Positions 1 to 12,500 of a stretch of 42,185 nt of DNA are shown here, piece by piece (the stretch's first letter is position 1; the number at the start of each line of letters is the position of its first letter). The translations under genes and the position numbers were made by a program. Origin of the DNA: Sarea resinae. Its lineage: Eukaryota. The stretch lies in contig JAPEUD010000117.1 of the NCBI GenBank assembly GCA_026026165.1, positions 1-42,185 of the forward strand. Reading direction: 5' to 3'. The notes beneath the pieces are model-generated. The model ran no database searches and was not told the origin of the DNA. It saw nothing but the letters and a program-made list of their open reading frames with translations.

Positions 1-384
1 CTCTCTCTCTCTCTCTCTCTCGGATGCCGAGACGAGGCCAAGAGGAGGCCACGTGGGATCTGCATCTGTGCTCACTCACTCACTCAGTTACCCACCTACC
101 TACCTACCCACCCTACCTAACTCTCCCGCCTGATACACCCGTCTGACCCATCTGCAAGAGGCCCGGAAAAACGGAGAGAGAGAGAGAAAATAAGGAAACC
201 GCCTTCAACCGAGTATTTAGTATGCCAAGCTATGCTATGCCATGCTATGCTATGCTATGCTACGCTATAGAACCGGGCTGTCTGTCGCATGACGGAAAAA
301 GTTCTTTTGAAACAAACTCGACGAGACGAGATGAGATGAGATGCGGTAAGACGAGGCCAGGCCAGGCCCGAGGCCCGAGGCCCA
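1..384. repeat. Cluster of simple sequence repeats: (CT)n 1-21, (TACC)n near 95-118, (ATGCT)n 221-268, (GAGAT/GAGAC)n near 320-343, (AGGCC/AGGCCCG)n near 354-384
   Basis: Tandem repeats read directly from the sequence; the window begins inside a (CT)n run. Confidence 0.9.
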
Positions 385-1224
385 TGAAGCTATGGATGTG
401 GTGTTCCAAGGGCAAGTCACGCACGCCCTCGCTTTTACTCAAAAGGGAAAGAAAGAAATGAAGAAAAATTAAAGATCAAAAAGATCCCGAAGATAGGTTG
501 GCAGGTGGGCAAACAAGTAGACTCAGCAAGCACCGACGGACTTTCGACCTCGTCCCTGCCCGTCGTTGTTGGCCGTCTTGCCATTCCAAGAGCTCTACGT
601 CTACGTACCTTACATACCTACGCATGCTTTTCTCTCGAGCCAGTAGTCAGTAGTCAGTAGTCAAGTCGGATGATGAGAAAAGTTTATCATCTACCATCTG
701 TGTGTGGTTCGTCGATTCGGACAGAAAATACTACTGAAGATCCCCAGGAGAGACGATGAAACGGAATTTCTTTTATACACAGGGACACACCTAGGCGCAG
801 TCGTCTTCCCCCGCTCACCCCTTTCAAAGAAAAGGATGAGAGTAGGAAAAAGTAAGCCCGTAGCGCGCGGAATTAGATTAATAAACGTAAGAAGGAATCT
901 CGGCCTCCCGCCCTCTCGCTCTCTGCCCACATCTCTCTCCCGTTCTCTCTCGCAAGAGCAGCTCCACGACAAGAGCAGACACGATGATACCACAATGCTT
1001 CCTCGCATTTGCAAACAGAACCCGAATCTTTATCCCACGAGCACAAATCACCGTGTGCAAAAAGAAGAAGAAAGAAGATGAAAATGAAAGAACTAGGTGT
1101 ATAAGCAACTTTTCTTTAAAGACACGAGTGAAGTGAGGTGATGGTGATGCAAATTAACATGCCCGGGCTATGCACAAGATGTATGATTTAAAACGCAGTG
1201 AAAACAAACATGCAGACCTGTCAT

Positions 1225-4200
1225 CTAGGTTGTCTTGGCTGCATCCCCCTTCGCCGCCGCATCAGATGAGGGTGCTGGTTCTGAAGATGCTGCTGCCGAA
1301 GCGGCCGGCTTGGTCTTGCTGGTAGGGGGAGATGAAGGTGGGGAGGTGACATCTGGATGTTCGCTATCTAGAGCTGCGAGAGCACTGTCGACGTGTTAGT
1401 TGCTGCTTCGCTCATGTACTATGCGAAAAGAGTTCTTTACCTGAAAGCATTCACATGTGTCGTAGACTCTTTCTCCTTTTCTTTCTGTGCAGGTGGAGTG
1501 CCCGTCCGAGACGAGGCGCCCGAGTCCTCACCTGCTCGCAATGAGCCACCAGGGCCCAACGTCTTTCTGCCGCTGCTGCTTCGAGAATTGAACATCGACG
1601 TGGGACCGAATGAGACAGGGCCTTGGCTAAGTTGCCGTGAGCCCGCTTTGCTGCCGAGTCGTCGAAGGTCATCCATGCCGACAGTGTTCTTTTGGTAGTC
1701 TGGAGGTGGTTGCATGCCGTATCCGCCACCAGAGAACGACCGCGCATCACCACGACCAAGGTGCATGCGTCCTCCGCCACCACCGCCTCGCTGGTTCTGG
1801 CGTTGTCGCTCCAACTCCTTCTCCTGCTGTGCAGCCTGGGCTTCTTCTCGGATTTCTTGGATTGTCTTAGGACCCTTCTCGCTGTCTTTCGACTTCCAGC
1901 CCTTTCTCCTAAGATCGATAATGTCCATAAGCATGAACTTCAATCTACTATGTAGGTCAGGCAGTTCGACCATGGCGTTGATTCGCTGGAAGTAAACTTC
2001 CATCAGAGCCGGACCCCGCTCGGTACTGTCCAAGCTGCGACCAATGGTCTTGAGAAGCTTTGTCAGACTCTCGACTTCAGCCTCATCAGGAGTTCCTTCA
2101 AAGTCCACGAGCTTCTTGACACACTCGTGCATGATACGCTCCGTAAGCATGCCAAGCTTGTAAAGTTCTCCGATGAATTGTACGAGACCAAGACCACGTC
2201 GTTTAGCGGCGGCGGCAATGTAATACTCGTCGGACAACATGGCAGCCTCTTCCGACTCTCCTTCTGGCTTGGGAGGAAGATTGACCTTCCATCCTCGCTC
2301 AAACTCCTCTTGGCATCTATTCAGAAGGTATTTGCGGAAGAGGTTGCCTCCAGTCACGACATTGCCATTCTTATCCTTGATGTTCTCGTCCTTGATCTCA
2401 GGATTCATCGTCTCAAGCATACGCTTGCAGAACTTGGCGTACATGGAAGCCCAGTGAGCTTCGTCCGTCGCCTTCTCGAAAGTCAGCTGGATGACCTGTC
2501 GTAGCGTCCGCCCATCCGACTCGTCCTTGGATTGGGCAGCAATCTCGAGGATCTGGTCTGCGATCTTGTCGAACTTCTCCGGCGTCATCTTATTCAAGTT
2601 AGACTTGACCTTGCGCTGCACCATATCAGGTGCCATGTGACCAGAGTCTCCAGGTGCTGGGCCCGCGGCGCCAGTGGCAGATGCCCCAATACTACGCGGC
2701 TTCCAGCCAGACGAGGAAACTTGCAAGCTCTTTATTTCGGCACCTGCGGTTAGCGGCATCTTAGAAGAATCTCCATGTCCACCCTTATGGCTGTCGATCC
2801 TCTCTGACCCATTCTTGCTTCGCTGGCCACGACGGGACACCTCTCTGGCATTACGCGATCCGGGTCCACTCTGCGACAGCTGGGTTTGAGAACCTGACCG
2901 ACTCATTGAACCTTGGCCTGGTAGAGGGAAACCACCGGGTCTACCGGCAAGAGACGCCAGGGGGTTGGCCATTGGCGGACGAGGTTGCTGGCCTATCGAC
3001 ATAGCGTATCGGTCAGCGGAAGTCGTCTGGGGCGGAAGGGTCCTGCCCTGACCAACAAAATTGCCCATACCCATGGGGAATGTGGCAGAAACACCCGGTC
3101 GTCCAGAAGGAGTTCTTCCTCCGCTCATCATGGACGGAGTTCGGGCCGATTGTGGTCGAGAAGAATCGGAAGTGTCTCCGACCGTCTCCTTGACTCGGTT
3201 CTCCCAGTCTTCTGAAGGCTTCTCGGTGAAGACCGGCTGGAACTGTAGAAGGAAATCTCTCTGGTACTTGAATTTTCGCTCTGTCGAAGCAGTATTGAGC
3301 GCCGGGTTTGGAGAAGCGATCGAGGAGGGATATGTGACGTCACTGAGTCGATCAATTGGACGAGCGGACCGGAGGGATTGGAGAGCGGCACTCGGCTGAG
3401 CAGGCTCTACTGGCTTCTTCGTCTCAAGCTTCAATGCTGCTGGCTTCTCTCGCTTAGCGCTCGAGGGCTTTGCAGGTGGAGCCATAGAGTCTTCTGAAGC
3501 GGGGGTAGATGTGCCAGTCTCCACAGGGGCTTTGGTGGCGGGAGGCGGAGGTGTAGCGGATGTTGGAGGAGCTCTCCTATTCTTCAGAGATGCGAATAGG
3601 CTGGCCTTCTCGGCCTTGGACTCCTCGCTCTCCTCCTGCTCGGCACGAGCTTTCAGACGAGCTTCTTCAGCCTCTTCGGCTTCCCGTTCGGCGTTTCTCA
3701 TCTCTGCTTCAGCCTTTGTTCGTGCATCCGCTTCCTTCTTAGCCTTCTCGGCCTTGTCGTCCTTCTCCTTTTCCTTCTGCGCACGCTCTTCTTCTTCCTT
3801 CCGAGCCTTATCCTCATGCTCCTTCTCGGCCTTCTCATCGGCGTCCTTCTGAGCTTGCTCGGCAGCTTCTTTTTCTTGCTGCGCCTTGTCGGCGGCTTCC
3901 TGCTCGGCCTTCTGTGCTTTTTCTTTCGACTCCTCCGCTTCTTTCAAGGCCTTGTCAGCATCCTCCTGGTCTTTCGCAGCTTTTCGCTGTTCCTCGTCCT
4001 TGAGTCGTCTCTCCTCGGCCTTGTCAGCTTCGATCTTCTTTGCAATGGCATCTCTCATGTCATTTTTCTTCTCCTCGTCCGTCTTCACGCTCCGGCTGTC
4101 TGATCGAGCATGATGTGGATCGTTGCTCGACGGCCGAGGGGGCGGGGTAGGGGTGGAAGAGACAATGGCAGGAGATCTCGAAACAGGCGCAGGTGATGAC

Positions 4201-5992
4201 GGTGTCTTGTCGAAGGTCTTTACAGCTCCGCTGGTCGGATCCTTGATGATGATACCTGCGCTCTTCCCTCGAGTAGGGATTTTAAAGTCAGAAGTCGGCG
4301 CCGGGCTGCTGGATCCGTGACTGGGTTGGTGGCTATGACTCGTTGCGGGAGGTAACGACGGAGTTTGGGGTTGGCCGACGCTGGAATTCGGTCGTTCGGA
4401 CACGGCAGATGATGTTCGCGACATGGGTTGTCCTTGTGGATGGCCGGCGTATTGGCCCTGTATGTACTGCGGCTGAGCACCTTGAGGCATGTGGTACGAC
4501 GGTCTCGGGGAACTGGGAGCAGCCATATACTGCATTTGGGGATACATGTTGTACTGCCCCTGGTACTGCGCGTAGGCGGGATCGAAGTGCTGCGGCATGC
4601 CGTATTGGCCCTGGTTTCTCATCATTAGATATTGCTCAAAGAACGGACTGTCTGGTGCTAGATTTGGAAGGGGTGGGTTGTGTAAAGTGTGTGCAAGGTG
4701 TTGTTTATGAGAGGCTTCTTTTTTTGGAGGGTGACGAGGGCGATCATGTTGCAAAACTGAAGAAGATTGTGGCTTTACTTGTGGAGGACCCATGTGCGGA
4801 GCATATCCGCCGTACTGGGACGGGTGCATCTGAGGGTTTGCCATCGGCACTTGTTGCATCTGCGGCGTGGCAGGGTGCGAATTAGAAAGAGCGGGGCTTC
4901 GGGCAGCGCGGTGCGGCGAGCCCGGGTACTGTCCCATTGGCCCGCCCTGGCCGGGGAACTGGGGGGCTACATTTGGTCCGCCTCGCTGGTTCGGTGCGCC
5001 TCTGAACTGTGGCCCGGGAGAATAGCCCATCTGTTGTGGGTATGGCTGAGGATAGCCTCTGCCTCTGCCACCTTGAGGAGGGTATCCTCCCCGACCAGGG
5101 CCGGGACCCATGCCAGGGTTACCCATATCGCTATGAGTAGACTGGGAAGATTCGCGGCGTAGATGGCCTTGTTGTGGACCCGGAGCAAGTGGACCTTGTG
5201 GCATCGACACCGGTCTTGCCTGCCGCTATGGGTGCATTAGTCTTTTGATTGTGGAGATCGAGATTCAGAAGAGACACGTACGTTTGATTCTCCGGATTCG
5301 CCTCCTAGACTACCAAAGTTGATGCCGTTTCCTTGACCTTGGAGGCCCGACGGAGGCCGACCTCCACTGGCAGGAGGTTGCGGGATGGGAGACGGCGAGG
5401 TTGCAGGGGACGTGACTCTCGGGTTGCTTGGAGATGCTACCGGCAAAGAAGCCGACGCTTGAGGGGTGCTCTTGGTCGCGACAGGAGAGCCGCCTGCGTT
5501 CATCGATCCGAATTGGATGCTATTAGTTCTGCTCGGCGGACCCGCAACAGGACCTCCGTTGGGGATGAAGCCACTCGTGCCTGCGGCACTGATCGTGACT
5601 GATGATTTTCGACTGTGTCCTCCCTGCGCCGAGACACCATTCACGGCATTACCACTACTCACGATGGTCGGTGTCGCTACGGCTGGGACAGCTGGCGGGA
5701 TCGAATTCTTGCCGTTCACCGGTGAGATGGAATTTGACTTGCCATGCTGAGCTGACGCCTGTCCTCCCACTGCCGGAGTTGAACCTGTTGTACTGGACGC
5801 AATCGGCGGCGAAAATGGCTTCTTGGTCGCGTTAGCGTACGATCGGGCAGTGGCAGGAGCCGGCGCAGCGGCCAGAGGCGACGACGTCCCGCTGATCGAA
5901 GGCGATGAAGTGCGCACCGAGTCGGCTGGCGTAGCGTTGAGGGAGTTCGAGGCCTGGGAAGAGGGTTGTTGTTGTTGCGAAATACTGGTCAT
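1225..5992 (-). CDS. TIF4631: Eukaryotic translation initiation factor 4G; exons 5992-5282, 5225-4779, 4610-1441, 1384-1225 (1495 aa spliced, 1551 aa if intron 4611-4778 is retained)
   Basis: eIF4E-binding YxxxxL-phi motif (KYQRDFLLQF); MIF4G domain (VQRKVKSNLNKMTPEKFDKI...FEKATDEAHWASMYAKFC...GLVQFIGELYKL); P/Q/G-rich N-terminus and a charged helical segment. Introns 5226-5281 (GTACGT..CTAAT..TAG), 4611-4778 (GTAAAG..CTAAT..CAG) and 1385-1440 (GTAAAG..CTAAC..CAG) keep the frame to TAG at 1225. Confidence 0.95.
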
Positions 5993-8900
5993 TAAATCGG
6001 TTTGCGGAATTTTTTTTTTCGGGTGGCTGTACGTAGGGTCGATGAGGTGACGCAAACTAGTGAAGAGTCTTCGACGGAGAAGACCGAATATCAAATCCGG
6101 ACGAGGTCAAAGATAGACGTCTCTGAGGAGAGATCGAGGATGAGCGGAGAGTGGTGGCGATGGGGGTATTACGGATGGTCGACGTTCGCTGGTGAACGGA
6201 GTGTGTTGAGGAAAAAGGGTTGTTTGTGGGTGTGGGTGATGGATGAGAAAAGCCAAAGCCTGGCAGAAGCCGGGGTGCGATGGGTACACGCTGAGCGGGA
6301 AAGGGAATGAATGTCTAATCAGCGCGACAAGCGAGCCGATTGTTCTGGATTTCGGATTCGACAGAGAACTGTGAAATCCGCGATCGTCCTTCTTCTGTAA
6401 GGTGGAAGAGGACCCGCAGGAAGAGATTGATGGTATGGAGGAGGGTTGTTGTGATGATGTAGAAGAGGAAGAAGTGACGGAAAATAAGAGCGAAGGGGGA
6501 GAGACAATTTAGTGCCAGGCCAGAGTGCGAGGTGGGTACAGCAGTACCGTGTGGATGTATGGATGGATGGGCCGCTGGAAGTACCGCATACTACTGGAGT
6601 ACCTCGATCAGGGAGGGCGTGGGTGGCAGTCGCAAGTACTGCGCTACTACCGAAGCACTGCCTGCTCCTGCGCCAGGAAATCTCGCTTTCCAATTCACCA
6701 CGCTCATTACGACTACGGGTACTTCACTTCTTTGAGACCGTAGGTACCCGACATACTCGACCACGCATGGCCAGACAAGCAATGGATCCGTCCCCGTGTT
6801 ATAGTAGATTGCATCCATCGAACAATGACTTGCCAGAAGCAGGTGCTTTCGACCGTCCGGAGCAACAAACACCTCGCAGGATGGATGTTGAATGAATGCA
6901 TATGAGTAAGGTAGGGAGTGAGCGTCAAGGGAGTTATATGAATACCGTGTACTGGTGGTGGTACCAGATAGGAGGAGCTACTTCGGACGGCAGGTACCTC
7001 GTACTTCGTGCCATACTCGACGAAGATAAGGGCAATAATGGGCCATCTTCTTCTCTGTGGCCGGCTGTTAGCTGCGCCGTTCGGGGCTCCCCTACTTCAT
7101 CTCCAAGTATCCTCACGCGAAATTGGCTGACCTCGACCCTCCATCGCGGCGCCGATACCAAGTACCCTCTACTTGGAGATGAAGTACATCCTCCCTGCCA
7201 AGCTCCACCTCATCCGATCCATCAGGCATACAGTACCTTAGTCCAAACGAAAGTACCGCCGACCAACAAACCGACCAACGAACACAGACCTCACGGACGT
7301 GCCGTGAAGCCTCGTCGACCGGCAGCAGAATCGCCATCGAACGGGACGAGAAAGGGGAGTTCCAGAAGGACGACCAAGAGGTTGACAGCGGCCGTGCCAT
7401 TTCCGCATGGCTGGCTCCGAGCCCCAAGAGCCCTGAATTAGGCCTTCAGAGTCTGTCTGCACCGGTGTACGACACACGGCCTTACCTCCCATGTTCCAAT
7501 CCAGCTCGAGCTACCCGACTAGCCTTGGACGCTTCATGCAACGTTGCTCCGCCGCTCGTTCGCTCGCTCGATGCCGTCGCGCGTGGCATAGACGATCGAG
7601 CATGTATCATAGTATGGATTCGTACCACTTACTCCGTCCGTGATCCTCGAGCAAACAGGAGCTTGCTCCGATGTACGCTGTAGTGAGCCTCAGCCCAATG
7701 CAAGTAAGGCAGCTCACGGTCATGATCCGAGTGCGCGCTGCAAGAGCGAGTCAAGGAGGATAAATAGCCAGCCAATCTCCCCCAGCGCACCCACATGCAT
7801 GAAACATGGGAGCACACCGAGCCCCCTTCAGCCCGAACAGGCCAACGTATGGGATGCTATCGTGCCAGCCCATGGAGAGCGCGGACAGTGGCACCACACG
7901 AGATCTGATCGTATCGAATAATCGAACATTCTGCGCAGCTATTGCTGAATTTAGATCAAACTCAAACAATTCTTGTCCATGTTCTTTGCTCCTTCCATTA
8001 AGAGGCTCTGACAGGTCCCGAGAGTCGAAAGGCTAGAGTAAGATAAGATCCAGTACTTCTTTGTACTGTGTGTCCCTCGAATATCTACATATAGCCCTCG
8101 GAACACCGACGGTAGCCTCCAGCTGTTGGTAGTCACCCTGTACAGGATGTCGTTATCGCAAGAGATGGACGTTCATCTCCAGACTCTACCAGATGGCAGC
8201 AAGAATGACATCGCAACAATATCAAAGTACAATAAGCGCCAAAGTCAAACCTTGACCTTACTCTAGATCACGATCTCGACTCGATGTATTGTCAAACTCT
8301 ACTTCACATCAAGTAGAACACGAAACACAAGCACCTCTCGTCCCTCCCTTCCTTCCACAACAACAACATTGCCAGTATCCAACAATCCCATCCCATCCCC
8401 TCCACCGAGAGCATAGCGCCCCCGATGAAAGCAAGCAAAAGTCAAATGTCCTCCAGTGGATGAAAAAGACGTCTTTCTTTCCCCTAGTACCTGGAGTGCG
8501 AACAGACTTTTACTTTGCTTGCTTCTTACTCAGCACACCCTTCATCCATTGATCCGTATAAATATCTCATCTGGCCCCATAATCAGAAACACCAGCGACG
8601 TAGGTATGAAGTAGGTACAGCGTAGGTAGGTAGGTAGGTAATCATCCCGTCTAGTTCCTCGGGTCGTTGACGTAGACTCTCGAGTACGTCCTCTTCAACC
8701 ACTCTGGAAGTCAACGGCTTCCTCCCCAAAGCGTCGGAGATCGTCGCGGTGCGGATTTAGAACCATAGCAGCTCGGAGATAAAGCATACCATCTACTCCG
8801 TACGTGGGATGCCCATGCCATACTCTACTATCCACCTCGAGCAGGTCCCCCAAGCAAAAGCGCCGGGTTCATCGATTTTTCTCCAGGAAGATAGAAAGAG

Positions 8901-9589
8901 CCGGTGGTAATTTACAGCTACATACTCCAGATACGCCTGCTCGCTCTGATGATTGATGGCGATGATTTGCGTGCGAAAGGAGGGAACCGAGGAACGCTTA
9001 TCGGCCGATCTCTTGTTCTCATCAAGAGACGTAGGGCATGCATGAGAGAAAGTGGCATATGGTAAATCTACCAAGTACGTTAGTACTTCCGGTCAGAGCC
9101 TCGCAGCTAGAATGAGAAGGCTTTGAATCGTAGGTAGGTGCTCTGACTGTACAATGAATATTTGGTAGGGCAAGAGTCACAGAAGATGACATGTTCATGG
9201 GCTTAATCGATAATAGTGAGGCTACTGCCTCGAAGCGTAGTACTCGATAAGGAGACCCTGCTCTGCCCGAGACAAGACAGGGGCGATAGAGCGATGCAGG
9301 GGTAGTGTGGCGGATGCAGCAGCCGCGCAGCTCTAGAGTACGTAGGAGTAAGTAGACTATCAATGACCCAACGCAGACAACCAAGACGCATAGAGCACAA
9401 TCGGAAATGAATCAATCACTTCCAAATTCTGTAAGACAACCAAAGTCTTTGTGACTAGAGTAACGCCCGAGGTCGTATGAAAAACAAAAAAAGGGGATAT
9501 ATATGCTCATCGCACCATAGCAACCTGCAATTCAAGATGACTCCTGCAATGAAAATGCTGTACACTCCTCTCCTTCAACATGACTCGCC

Positions 9590-12500
9590 CTATGCTTTCT
9601 TCCATGCAAATGCAAAAAGGCTATCCATAGCAACCCACTGTCTTCCGCACTTATTCAAGTAACCTTCCACGACCTTTTTCAGCGTGTCGAACCTCTCGCG
9701 ATTGAACTCGACGAGCGCGAGCACTTTGTCCTTGACCTCGGGGTCAATCTTGATTTCAGTTCCGGTTCCAGCAGCAGCACTACTGCCGGTCTTAGCGATC
9801 TTGGACTTGGCTTTGTCAACATCCCATAAACCCTGGAAATAGAGCAGCTGGTTATAGAGTTGCTTCTCAGAGTATTCGTAGACCATGCGCCCAAGACAGC
9901 CATGACCAAGACCGCGCGGACCAAGGCAGCGGTGGCCATAGACACTCATCTGGCGCGTGCGATTGCCACAAGAAGGGTCGTCGCAAACAAGCCATCCGGC
10001 ATAGTAAGCAGCGGTATGAGAGCGGATGTGGGCCTCGATCTGGGCTCCAACAGAGAGGATCGACAGAGGTCTAGCGCAGGCGGAGTTAGGGCAGACGAGT
10101 CCGTCACGAGTGCACACGGCGTGGGAGGTGGCGAGGCCATCGAAAGGAATCGACTCTTTGCAGTAACGACAGCGGAGAGTGAGACGTGCTGCGTCTTTGA
10201 AACGGATCTCGTCAGGGATCTGAGATTCGAGTGGAAAGATCACTTCTTGCTGTTGAGCTGAGGAAGAGCTTATTTGGTACTTCCGGGTGTCGAGGCCAAG
10301 GCATTCAGCGAGGTGAACAGCGTCTGTGCCGTCGATGGGAGCGCAGAGACGTTCAATTGGTGGCAAGATTTGTTTGTAGAGATACCATTCAATGTCTGAA
10401 GAGGTCAGCACTATGATACACAAAGCCAAGAGTAGCTGAGACTGACCTGGCTTTAACTCTGATTTAGACTTGATCACATCCTGAGGAGTGTAGGCTCTCT
10501 TCGCTGCATTTTCAGAGGAATTGCTGTCGCCTGTGATGATGTATGACATCACGTCGTTGACGCGGACAGTCTTGCCATTTGCCATCTCTCGAAGTGCAAC
10601 CTGGACTTGCGGCATGCTGTCCGGATTCGGATACTCTTTTGGGTTCTTTCCTAGTTTCTGCGATGACAACAAGATCAGTGGCGTTCAGGCATTTACGGAG
10701 ACCTTGTCAGGTACATACAGTATATATGATGTATTTCTGCGGTGGGATTGAACCCTCGCGCATCTTCCCAGAAAGCTCTCTAAGATAGTCATGAACTTTA
10801 CCAAGCACGACTTCAGATTCATCCCCAGAGAGGATATGATTCAGCAGTATCCTGCAACTCCGGTCAGTAAAGCGATTTTTCTCTTGGATTGGTGCACCTT
10901 ACTGGGAAGCTTCCTTCGACAAAGCACAGTATTCTCTCCTCTTCATATCTAATCCTTTGACTTCAAGCTTGTCGACGAATTTTCCGTCTACTTCGACCAT
11001 ATTGATGGCTGCATATTTCTTCTTGGCGTGCAGCAAAAGGCGACGGAATATGTTATCGATATCTATCTCCAGCAACTTGTAGCGATCATTTACTGAGCGC
11101 TTGAAGTCCGCCCCCACTTTTAATGCGTCCTGAAGATTGTCCATGTTTGTGTTGATCATGACCGAGTCTGTATCTCCGTAGATCACTTGCAGCTGCGTGC
11201 TTTCTGCCAATTCCTTTGTGCTCCTCAGGATCTCTCGACCTTTGAAGGTAGTGAGCATAGCAAGAGGTCGTGCATAGAATCGAGATCTTGTGTATCCAAG
11301 GCAGCCGTACATGGAGTTCGCAGTAAGCTTGAGGGCCATCTGTTTGATGTCCCAAGTAGCTAATTCATCTGCGGTTGCCTTCTTGTCCTTCATCAGGCTC
11401 TTGACTTGCCTTCTTCTGTTAACAAGAGTGGCGATAAGCCTCGGAAGGATACCCAGACTTTGATCCGTTGGAACTTCTGGCACTTTCTCTTCATCGTCAG
11501 ACTAGAAAGGGTTAGCTGTAAATTATATACAAGATTATAGCGATGCTTACCAGTCCGGCTCTTTCAACGGTCGTGAAGCAGATGTTGTATTCTTGAATGA
11601 TGCTTGGATACAAACTGTTGAAATCCATCACCAGCACAAACTTGTCGTAGAGCCCCTTTTCCGGCTCGAAGACGAGGCCACCTTTGTACTTGTCCTTTTT
11701 CTTGACATCCATGCCTTCATCGCCGTCGGGATTTTCTTCTTCGACTTTCGGTTTGCCTTTGCCATATACCTTGTCCGGACAGATGTACTTATTGCGATAA
11801 AACTCATGGAGTAGAATATACTCATTTCGTTCTGCTCGAGTACCGCTCAGAGTTCGAGCCCAAGAGTTGCCAGCGAGGTTGGTAAGGACCTTAGTTAACG
11901 GAAGCATTTGCAATTTGAGAGCAATAGCAGCGATGAAATAAGTATCGGCTTCGCAATGACGGACATAGTTCATGAGGCCTTCGCGAGAAGTGGCCCACGT
12001 TTTGAGAGCTGCTTCATTGTCGAGTTCCGTGCGAGGATTGCCAGCTCCTAATACAAGCTGGCACATTTCCGTCAAGCTCCACGATTGACACTTCGTCATT
12101 AACGACTGTCCGAGCCGTTAGTATATCTTGTATGCCTACACAGAGTGAGATCTCTTACCTTTCCGAGGTCATTAGCTAGATCGCACACCAGTCGCCCGGA
12201 TACGAGCTGCCTCTCTGCGAAGAAATTATCGCCGACTTTTCCAAAGTTCCTTGGCCACTCGCTCCGCCTCATTCGGCCAATTCGATGCCAGCCGGGTGTC
12301 TTCCGCTCTCGCATACGGCTCAATAAGATGCTGTAGTCGACGCCCTCTAGCTGGTGACCAACAAGGACATCGGGGTCAATTTTCTGGAGGACGGCCATGA
12401 AATGGCTGAGAAGCCCTTGTTCGCTCCTTTCCAGTTTGATCGTTCCGAGATGCTTATCAACCTCTGTCGAAAAGCCAATGGGGAACGATTGACCATGTGG

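Noticed and set aside
222..1108. Short ORFs in the first 1.1 kb
   Set aside because: Largely translations of microsatellites and eIF4G downstream sequence.
6896..7441. 181-aa ORF divergent from eIF4G
   Set aside because: No domain or coding-like composition; it overlaps the GTAC-rich promoter-like sequence.
10396..10446. Hydrophobic 17-aa insert ([17 protein letters not shown]) in the last POL1 ORF
   Set aside because: It is an ordinary 51-nt intron (GTCAGT..CTGAC..CAG) that happens to be in frame. It has normal size and interrupts a conserved region, so retention is unlikely to be functional.
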